Positions 1 to 9,641 of a stretch of DNA of 37,628 bases are shown here, one piece after another. The DNA is from Dimorphilus gyrociliatus (Eukaryota; Animalia; Annelida), in NCBI GenBank assembly GCA_904063045.1, contig CAJFCJ010000190.1:1-37628 (forward strand), read 5' to 3'. The notes under the pieces were generated by a model. That model saw only the letters and a program-made list of their open reading frames with translations. It had not been told where the DNA came from and did no database searches. The translations under genes and the position numbers were made by a program. Each line of letters starts with the position of its first letter. The stretch's first letter is position 1.

Positions 1-454
1 AAAAACTCTATGAACCTATGGAAATGAATTGAATTATTTTTTAAAAATCTAACATATTTCCACTGTATTAAGCAAATTTGTCATGATATTGTTATTTTAA
101 ATACAAATTCCTATTCAATTAGTACTCTTGAAAATGTTGCATGTAATTTACAAGTTTTAAAGGTAAACTTTTCATAACAAAACTGTCTAAAAATTTCCTT
201 TTAAAGCTAAAATAAATACATATATATTTTCACTGGGAAATTTAAAATAAAAAATTGTTGAAAATTCTATGGACATAAAATCTGATAGTTATATTTTAGG
301 TCAATTTATTAAACAAATATTAAAACAGAAATAAAATAAATATGAGATATGTATAATCGATAATAAACTGGTAGTTTAAGTCTAATCATAAAATATTATT
401 GTACTTTGTTGTTATGTACTATAGTCAAGCTGCTAACATATTTTTAATATTAGG

Positions 455-880
455 AATTTCACAATATTATTATGGATATGTTTAAAAGTTCCATCAAAAA
501 ACCATGTTTGAGGAAAGAAGTTCAATTTGCTTATTTGTTGCAAATATTATAATGCAAATAGCATTTCATTAATGACTTTTCTTAAAAATCTGTCAGGTGA
601 AAAAGTATGATAAGAAAAAAGTCAATACAATCTGCTTCTCTTGGATGATTTTTTTAAACCCTTTCTTATCAACAGCTTTTTCTCATTAACTTATTTCCCA
701 AATGCATATGCGCTCTTTTACCAAAAATAAAAGAACTGCCAATTTGATTGACACTAGCAGGACATCTTTCATTTTTATTTCTTCTGCTGCAAATCCATAC
801 AGTTCTCTTCTTCATTTTTAATTTTATATTAAAAGGAAAGCCATTTATAAACTAGCAAATCCTTTCCTTTTTCACAACCA
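455..880 (-). mobile_element. Degraded Mutator-like (MULE) transposase N-terminal fragment with FLYWCH zinc finger
   Basis: Manual minus-strand translation across frameshifts gives GKDLLV-NGFPFN...TVWICSRRNKNERCPASV...HMH (FLYWCH pattern), then IFATNKQIELLS and TWFFDGTFK (first catalytic Asp motif of MULE DDE transposases). Several stops and frameshifts. Confidence 0.7.
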
Positions 881-1913
881 TTTTCTATAATTTGAAATTT
901 AGAAGAATGACTATTTTTAAATGTCATTTTGATATTGTTCAACATACCGAGTAAAGACATTTGTCAGACCCTATTTAATCAATTATAAATATTTGAAAAA
1001 TAAAATGTGTGAAACTAATTATTATGACAGAGGTTATATTTAAAACCAGCATTATTTCTTGCATTACAATGTATCTTAAAATATTCATACATTAATTAAT
1101 TGATTCATTAATTATTTTTATAACCTCCTATTTATTGATAAAAGGTTATAAAAATTATAATTGGATCTTACCTCTGACTGAGTGATATTTGGAGAGGAAG
1201 TAGAATTCTGAATGGTAAAACAGAAATTTTTCTAGAAATGATTAAATTTAATTTATAATCCTTAGCAAAAATTAATTTTTGTACTAAAAGGTCAAACTTC
1301 ACCATTGTTGACTTTTTGACAAGCTCCAACTTATCACATATGATGGTTGAATTGAATGTTACCAAAATTGTTACATCTGACCTAATCACTCAGGATGAAT
1401 GGAACCAATTAAAGGCAGAACCATTTCTAGAACTTTTGTAAAGTAACAAATTTTACTTTGGATTGTTGAAACTTTGAAACTGTGAACTTAAGTATATCAA
1501 CCCTATGAATTTAACAGTTGTTAGCTTTGTTTGAGATAAATGCTCAGAATACTCAATACACATCTTGTTTGGACAATATTGGCAATTTTGGGTCTCTGGG
1601 TCTTTGATATTTGACAGAACATTTGTTATATTTGAAATATGAATGTAAATATTATTTATATAATATTTATCAACTATAATTCATAAGTGTACACAAGATT
1701 ATAGAAAAAAATTTTGTACAGGAATATAATTTAAATCATATTGTATTTAAAAATTTTAAAGCATGAGAAGGAGAAGAGAGAATTGAATCATTTAGAATAA
1801 TAACCCTTTCCAAGAATGAATAGTTTTTCTAAAATTCAATCTATTCAGCAAAAAGATTTAAAAAAGTTTAATAGAGAAAAGTTCTTTATTCTTTCCAGCA
1901 ATTCACATGACTC

Positions 1914-2829
1914 TCACTCGATATATAGATAGACACCTATTGACATTTTATATTTTTTGCCACTAGAAAAAATTTTACAATTTCCATTAAGATGTTCAAA
2001 AGCTCTATATGTTGAATTTGACTTCACGATTTCAGCACATTCATCTCTAGATTTATCTTTAACTAAAAGGGCAAATTCCTCAAAATCAAGATAGGAACAA
2101 TTTAAAGCCTGGAAGTGGTTGGGGATCTGCAAAAATTAATAAAAAATAAAAAGAACATTCAACATAACAATTCTTTTGAATAGAAATTATGTAAAAAAAA
2201 TGTGTTTACATGTTAAATCTTTTTCATAAAACATTGAGTAAGGCCTGAATGTAAACGCTGAATGATCTCTTATTTTATGCTTAAGCCAACAAGCTTTTCT
2301 TTTAAAATTGAATGAGAATCCAAGACAATTTTCTATCTTGTTGCATTCATTTGTACATTCCGCAACATTTGCATTTTCTTTCATTGTAATGTCATTTCCA
2401 GCTGAACATTTATATCTTTCCGAATAGTATTTTTCAGCAAGGTCTTTCACAAGAAAAAAATAGATTAAAACTTTTACAAAGAAAAGGAAAATAGTTAGCT
2501 ACTGTTTCTAATTCTTCTAAAAAAAGTGAAATTTTTGCTACTGAAGCCTTTCGGACCAGAAATGAAAAATTTACACACATTCTCATGGATTACATAACCA
2601 AAACAGTTTGGAAATGTAAGACAATTTTCTTCACAAATGGCTGATTCAGAAGTATTAAAACCATTTACAACAACTTTTGGATAGCGATCAGTTACCTCTT
2701 CAAACGCTTTAGTACAATCTTCACCTGTAATAATGAGTTTATGAATTAAAAGCCAAATATAGCTGGTTTTTTTTTACCTTTTCCCAAAGGACAACTTAAC
2801 AAAACACTGAATAGAATAAGTAATATCAT
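1914..2829 (-). CDS. Secreted protein with about 3 PAN/apple domains (4 exons; one apparent 1-nt frameshift in the last exon)
   Basis: Exon 1 2829-2778 encodes a signal peptide (MILLILFSVLLSCPLG). Exon 2 2724-2503 (ICEENCLTFPNCFGYVIHENVCKFF), exon 3 2443-2210 (ECTNECNKIENCLGFSFNFKRKACWLK) and exon 4 from 2126 (DECAEIVKSNSTYRAFEHLNGNCKIF) each give a PAN-like unit. Phase-1 GT-AG introns of 53, 59 and 83 nt. Exon 4 needs a 1-nt correction near 2105. Confidence 0.75.
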
Positions 2830-3379
2830 TTTCTTTTAAAAATTTTTTCAGTCTTTGATAATAAAGAATAAAATATTTTAAAATAAGAAATACTTTTATA
2901 GGAAAATTGAAAATAATATAATATTGATAAAGTTTAGAAAATATTTTAAACACCAGGTTTTTTTAACATCTCATTTCAAAAGCAAAATATTTATTGCTAC
3001 TTTTACTTTCATTGTGTTTGAAAGTGAACTATATAAATAAACCATTTAATACACACATTTGAACCAAACCGAGGGTAAATTTTACATGGTACAATGCAAC
3101 ACATATTTTCACAACATTAGCTATTATAAAAATGAAAAAACTAACTCCAAAAAAAATGTATTGTAAAACATTACAAAGGAACAAAGACTATCCTCCATTT
3201 GGTTCAACTTTATGAATGATCTTAAAAACGCCTGTTGTTCAAAATATTTCTTTTACTTCACTAATATTCTATTATTTTCAATGGTTTATCAGCTAAGTAA
3301 GGTTGAAAAATGAAAATTTTCATTCGGATCGATTTGACAAGACAATTAAATCATACAAAATGAATCATGTTTTTTTAAC

Positions 3380-3869
3380 TTAGATTTTATTAGGATTTCC
3401 TGCTAATCTCCTCAATTCCATCCTTTTCAATTGAAAAAATTCAATCCCAACAACTTAATGAATGAAGCATTCATTTTTTCATAGCTAAATCTATTATTAT
3501 GTAGTATTTTATATGAAAAACTCTATTAGAAAATACTCATAAATCAACGTTTGCAAGTGTTTGGAAGCTTTACCTTTGTTTATGTAGTGGATAGTGAACA
3601 ACTTTTCTTCTATTTTATTCTTAGACTATACTATTATCAACAATTTATCAAGTTATGAGTTTCAAATATATGCAGGAGCTATAATATGATTGAATATCAG
3701 AAAATATGATTTTTACCAAAAGTTCTCTTTGAATGAGTTTGGCAAACAAGTCTGGTTCATCTCTCATTAGTAGATTATTCACAAGGCTTTCTTCTTCGTC
3801 AGATAGAAAAGAGAAAGCGCAGTGAATAAGCAAGAGGAGAGTAATAACAGGAAACAGTGTTTTCTTCAT
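3380..3869 (-). CDS. Small secreted protein / possible peptide precursor (3 exons predicted)
   Basis: Signal peptide MKKTLFPVITLLLLIHCAFS, then an acidic helical segment. In-phase GT-AG junctions (donor about 3716, acceptor about 3626; donor 3573, acceptor 3454) give ...RELL/NKIEEKLFTIHYINK/VVGIEFFQLKRMELRRLAGNPNKI*. An acceptor just upstream of the ATG suggests a 5' UTR intron. Confidence 0.5.
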
Positions 3870-4538
3870 GTTGAATTCATATTAAAGGAGCCTGAAAAAT
3901 ATTTCTGAATTTATAAAGAATAAATTTTGAATAGCAAAAATGTGTTTGTAAAAATTTGTTTGGATGCTTTAGACACTGCTCAACTTGCAATGAAAGAATC
4001 CAATAAAACTTGTTCTGCCTGTTCAAACTAGAGATATATTTAAAAATTAAAAATAGTTTATTCACTACAATTCCTTCAAAACAAATTTTCTTTTGAGAAT
4101 AGTTGACAATGGCCAGAGATGAATTACAAAGCAATATTTCAATGGCATAAAACAGTATTTACAGGCCAACCATACAACCTACAATAATCTGCAACTGGTA
4201 GAAAATGGCTAAAGACTTTTTATTATATATAAAGTAATAAAGATAAGAAAAATTGAAAAAATCAATGTGCTTCCCTAATCTTCTTTTTAATTTATTCAAC
4301 AAAAATTTGTCCTTCTAAAACAACAACTTTGGAAAAGTAGACACAATCTTTTATTATTTATTTTTTTCCAACTTGTACATTTACCTTTTCAACACCTCCA
4401 TTAGGAAATGTAATATCAGTTGGCCAACCATATAGATTTTGATTAGACATTCTCATCATTCAGCTTTAATTACCAGTTAAGCCTTTGGCCGAGTTGTAAT
4501 TCAATTAGCCTTCCTAAATTTTCCATCTTGTTACATCT

Positions 4539-5278
4539 GAGTATGGGAAAACTCGTCCCTGGGAAAAAAGTCGTCCCTGGGAAAACTCTTCCTTTTTTTG
4601 GAAAAAGAGAAATAGAATTGTTTCTATTTTGATAATTTGGGATATGCAACTGACTATAAAACTAGCAAAGATGTAAAAAATGTGATGAGAAAATGATTAG
4701 CCCTGCCTTTCCTTCCATCTCAAGTGATTCCACCTACTTTTTCCACCTTAAAAAGAGAAGTTTTGGAGAAAAATGTATATATAGATTTATATGAATATGT
4801 TGAAAAGACTTGGATTACAAATTCAATTTGAACTGCAGCTAGTTGGTCTGTATTTGGAATGAGCATTCATACTAACAATGATGTTGAGCAATGGCATAGA
4901 AGACTTAATATAAAAGCTATTCCAAATACTTGTTTCTATTTATTAGTTGATTTTTTGAAACATGAAGCATCTTTAATTTCAGTCTTTGAAAGCTCCTATT
5001 AGAAAAGAAATTGAAAAAATATGAAAACAAATTAAGCATTAAGAGGCCGAAAAATATTTTCAGCATATGGGATGAATATAAACAAGGAAAAATAACTGCT
5101 TTGAATCTATTGGAGAAAACTGCCAATATTTATTGTCAATAGAATTCTTTTCAATTCTCTCAATTTCTATCTATTTATAAATATATATTCACATAGATAA
5201 ATGTATCATAACATTCTTTTCAAATTCTCTTACTAAATAAGAGGACGAGTTTTTCCAGGGACAAGTTTTCCCGTTCCC
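4539..5278 (+). mobile_element. Internally deleted Mutator (MULE) element with TIRs, 9-bp TSD and transposase C-terminal remnant
   Basis: Left end GAGTATGGGAAAACTCGTCCCTGGG; reverse complement of right end GGGAACGGGAAAACTTGTCCCTGG. TSD GTTACATCT (4530-4538) / GTTACATCC (5279-5287). Interior translates to LALP-FLPSQVIPPTF...LYEYVEKTWITNSI*TAASWSVFGMSIHTNNDVEQWHRRLN...WDEYKQGKITALNLL, a typical MULE transposase C-terminus. Confidence 0.9.
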
Positions 5279-5516
5279 GTTACATCCTCTTGGTAAACAC
5301 AAATATAAACTAGACAATTTGGCGGTATTATTGGCAACTTGTTATTAAGATAAGAAGATTAGATGTAAAGAGACAACAATATCATTCTGGCAGATATAAA
5401 AATAATAATATTGTTGTAGGTAGTGAATTATTTGGAGATGATAATTTCACAGAAGAAATATAGGAGAAATATTAATGTTTTTATCACACAATTTTATAAA
5501 CCTGGTTGAATTTTTC

Positions 5517-5649
5517 GGAGTTGATGGAAAACGTCCACAAACCAGATTTTTTGAGGTTAGGTTTTGGGTTGAAGAATGATTAGGCAAACCCAAGGGTAGG
5601 TTAGGGTTAGGGTAAAAGCACAGTTTTGTGGATGTTTTCCATGACAGCC
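5517..5649. mobile_element. 133-bp MITE with TTAGGG-like interior (Mutator-type, 9-bp TSD)
   Basis: Imperfect 25-bp TIRs (GGAGTTGATGGAAAACGTCCACAAA / GGCTGTCATGGAAAACATCCACAAA). Perfect TSD GAATTTTTC at 5508-5516 and 5650-5658. Shares GGTTAGGGTTAGGGTAAAAGCAC with the 207-bp copies. Confidence 0.85.
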
Positions 5650-5799
5650 GAATTTTTCACTTAAGATGATCATTTGACTTTGAACATAATGTTTCAGACT
5701 CTTTGTTTCTTGATGAACAAAATAATAATCAATCAACATTGACCTAGAAAAAAGAGCATGTCTTGAAGATCAAACCAAAGTATTAAGTTTTAATGATAA

Positions 5800-6110
5800 T
5801 AATTTTGTATAATTTAGGAAAAGGAAGCATAAAGGGAAATGATCTTTTATTTGATAAGAATTTGTCATATTCAATTTAAACGATTACCAGCACTTCAATA
5901 ACTTGAACATGCATTCCTTTGAAATAAAGTCTTTATTTGAGTACATTAAGATTCAATGGATAAATTGATTTTGTTTACCAGAGGTGTGGTCTGTGTATGG
6001 GGAGGCCATCAGCACCAATTAAGGATCTTCAGGGTTGGCATCACAGGCTAAACAAAAACCCTCAATCTAACTTGATCAATCAAGCAGATCTGATATATAA
6101 ATAATCCAAG
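5800..6110 (+). mobile_element. Second, more degraded MULE transposase C-terminal remnant
   Basis: Across stops and frameshifts: EIKSLFEYIKIQWIN*FCLPEVWSVYGEAISTN-KDLQGWHHRLNK, matching the WSVY..RTNNDxEGWHxRLN motif. Confidence 0.7.
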
Positions 6111-6861
6111 GTGAGAAGAAAATATGTAACCAACAAAGATTCCTTTAGAATTTTTCTAACAACTCAATATCAAATATTTTCTTTCCTATATTAAATTTCT
6201 ATAGTGGACATCCTGTAAATGTTAAAGTTGCCACACCAAAATTTTGTAATTTCTATATTCTATTATTCAAATAACCTTTTAAAATTAAATTACAGTTTAA
6301 GCAAAATCCAAGAACTTGATTTCAGCATGAAAAAAGTAAAATATATTTCCAATATGTTCCATATTATGTATAAACATCATTCTATGGATGGAAGATAGTT
6401 TTATATAAATACTTTGATGAGTTATATCATCATTTATCAGTGGAAGAAGCTAATTTATAGCTTAGTCTTATATGTTATTTATGAAGACATTTCTAAGACA
6501 ATTTAAGTGAGAAAAAGATAATTTCTGATAAATAAGGCACAACACACCTGCTTTTAGACTAATTTATTTACTTTTCTCACCTAATATAATTTGTTAAGTG
6601 AAATTAAAGTAGAAAATAGAGTTGTGTATTTTGTAAAATATTCATAGATTGACATCTGTATTGCTCAAATATAAGTATTGCACAACAGAGTGAAAAATAG
6701 TATCTTTTAGTTATTGATAATGAAGTCTGGTCAATATAACACTTATCAGTTAGTTTTTATACAATATAAAAAGTGTTGTCTGCTATAGTTAATCATTTTG
6801 CAGAATTCACTTTGTATAGAGGACATAAAACAACCATAAATGTTTGTTTATATACTAAACA

Positions 6862-7124
6862 GAACGTTATATACTAACGTTCCGTTCACATTACATGATA
6901 TGAGTGAATGTGTGTTAGTGTGCGAGTGTCAGTGTCTGAGCGTCACTTAAGAAGGGAGTTTGACTTAGCCCAGAGTCGGGACAGTCCAACTTGATGTTAT
7001 GCCACATCGTTGATAACGACGTGGCATGAACGTGGCATGAATGTGGCAATACAGATGAGCACAGTCAAACACCCAATTAAGTGACACTAACAAAGTATAA
7101 AAGGGAGTGAATGTAATAGAACGG
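6862..7124. repeat. GC-richer foldback / nested inverted-repeat element (possible non-autonomous transposon)
   Basis: Outer IR CCGTTCACATTACAT (6882) vs ATGTAATAGAACGG (to 7124). Inner IR 6942-6965 vs 7063-7085. Central hairpin ATGCCACATCGTT-GAT-AACGACGTGGCAT (6999-7027) followed by tandem CGTGGCATGAA-like units. Perfect 8-bp stem GAACGTTA/TAACGTTC at 6862-6882. No TSD found. Confidence 0.65.
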
Positions 7125-7224
7125 TGTGAGAGACCAAAAGAATATCAAATAAAATTTATACGAAATTCTTAGGAATTTCGTGCTATAAGCGAAAAACAAA
7201 ATCTTATAAATATACTATTTATAG

Positions 7225-8195
7225 GCAATTTAGGACTATTAGCTTCTGCTGCTAATTTGCTGCTTTTGACACCTCCATTAACAAAACACTCATCTAAGAG
7301 TCATGCTGATAATCTAATTGCTCTTGGAAAAGGTTTAATTGATTCTGGACATAATGTGAGCATTGTACGACAAGGAACTGTTAGATTGGATGAGCCTGGC
7401 AATATTTCAATGTTGGATGTACATTCACCAGTTTCTGAAGCAACTCTTGAACTTCTTGCAGAAGCTGTAACACAAACTTCAATTGATATGCTATATCAGA
7501 ATATATCTCATATAAATATGGATAAACATTTTACTATTTTTTGGAATGTCTTTACTCAAAAATTTACTGAAAGATATGCAAAAAAGTCTTATTCAATTTC
7601 CAGATATTCAATGGATTTGGTCCTTAAAATGCAATTTAGAAAAAGATTATCCAAACATTCATACTTTTGAATGGATTCCTCAAAAATACCTTTTGTCTAA
7701 ACAAAATTGTATTCTATTCATATCACATGGAGGTTTAAATTCCATTTATGAAACAATGTACTCTGGCACTCCAGTTTTAGTCATCCCAATCCCAACAGAC
7801 AGTATGGACAATTCAATAAGATTAAAAAGACATGGAATGTTGGAAATTCTACATTTTCATACAAAAGATGTCTCATTTCTTGAAGAATATATTGAAATGA
7901 TGGTGAAAGATAACTCATATATGAAAATGGCAAAAAGAGTTTCAGCTCTTTTGAATTCTCAAAACCTAAACCATTAGAAAAGGCTGTTTATTGGATTGAG
8001 CATGTATTAAAGTTTGGTGGCAATCATTTAAGGCACTCTGCAATGGATATGTCTATGTATAAACTATACAATTTGGATTTATTAGCAATTGCAATCATTC
8101 TAAGCTTCTTAATTATTTGGTTAATGAAAAAGCTATTTGTTTTTTCTTTTGTAAAATGTTCTTCAATTTTCTTGAAACATTCTAAAAAAGAATAA
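7225..8195 (+). pseudogene. UGT: UDP-glucuronosyl/UDP-glucosyltransferase with a large internal deletion and frameshifts
   Basis: N-terminus ANLLLLTPP...SH...LGKGLIDSGHNVSI. Signature FEWIPQKYLL...FISHGGLNSIYETMYSGTPVLVIP. C-terminus KAVYWIEHVLKFGGNHLR, a TM helix and HSKKE*. Only about 320 codons versus about 520 typical. The join near 7550 changes frame, there is a second frameshift near 7970, and no ATG exon was found. Confidence 0.85.
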
Positions 8196-9641
8196 AAATG
8201 TTATTTTTCCAGATCAATTTATGGCTTCAAGCATTTCAAATTTTAAATTTTAAACACCAGTTATCACTTGGAAATATTTACTTGAAGAATTAATCTTTTT
8301 TATCTGCAAAAAAACACCAGAGTATTATTGAAGGATTTTGATATTTGATGGTAGAATGGAAAATATTCAGAGCTTGGTAGGAAACTAATGGTATGAAGAC
8401 TATTCACTTCAATAACTTTTACTCTTAAATCTCATATATCTGTGGAATATCCCCCTGCTTATTATTTGGTTATTCAATTAAAACTTGAATGTTGTCTATA
8501 AATAATTTCTTTTTATAAGGAACAATACTTGATTTAAACAATTTATTATTGACTTTGACAGATGCAGACAGTTGCATCATTTATATTCTGAGCAGATTTG
8601 TATTGAGTGCAATTTCTTTCTTTCCAATACTTCCAATCAGATCAAAAGCAGTTTCTCTCTAATTCAGATTTAGAGGACTATGATTTGCACTCATAAAAAC
8701 AAATAATTAGTAAACAATATAAAATAGATTCCAATAGGAATTTTTCAAATAATTTCAATTCGAGTATTCAAATTGTTAAGGATATTGTTCTTCTTAAAAA
8801 ATCTAATACTACTCTGAAATATTCTATCATTTAATATTTGTAATTTTGAAAAGATAAAATGCAGCTAAATTCAAAGTTTATTCAACATTTGTTCAAATAT
8901 TGTTGTTTTTGAAATGGAGAATAATCCAAATATAACTGGACTTCAAATATTTATTAAAACATTAAAATTAATTTCTTTTCACAATTGCAATTTGAATAAT
9001 ACTCAGGCTTAACTATTGAGGATATTTTAAAAATTTTTAGAAATTCTTGTCCTTGACCTTAGATATAGTTTTATAAAATTACTATTTAGATGGTTATAAT
9101 GATTACAGATGATTATTATTATCTATAACAGGCTGATAGAATTATATGATTACGGTCTTACTAAAACTCAGTTTTAATATGCTCTATTTATTCGAAAAGA
9201 TTTATAATTTTACAGTTTATAAGATATATAATTATTAACTCATTACAACCATGTTTTAGTAAGGCCCAATTGCAGTAAATGATATTTTTAATTTTGTTTA
9301 TTAAAGAATAAAATTCATGTTCTTCATGTGATGCTATGGAAATGCATTTGCATTTGGAGAGTATATACTTGAAAATATGTTTCATAAATAAAATTTCAGC
9401 CATTTTGAATATTCTAAATATTCTTGGTAATAAGCCAATTGAATCATTCTTAAAGAAATTTCCATTATTTGTAACACCTATCCAACTGTTGAGTACTTGT
9501 TAGAAAGAAGACATGACTTTCAGTACTTGAGAGAAGATATACATCACAAAGAAACTTAACTGGTAAGAAGTGATTCGATTTCAATACAAATATAGTTCTA
9601 TAAATTCTTCAGTTGCCTCTGAAATTTTCTATCCAATCATC

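Noticed and set aside
1168-1700. ORF 1168-1389 with a downstream GT donor
   Set aside because: No homology recognised and neighbouring frames are closed, so it cannot be called a gene.
3877-4470. ORF 3877-4134 and two LYGWP-containing short frames
   Set aside because: No start or domain context. Probably 5' UTR/intron of the 3869 gene or chance similarity.
8200-9640. Minus-strand frame starting 1 nt after the GluRS stop (about 150 codons, 3 stops; includes ORF 9188-9403) as a second transferred gene
   Set aside because: No recognisable motif. A rough estimate gives about one stop-free run of this length by chance in six frames of this window.
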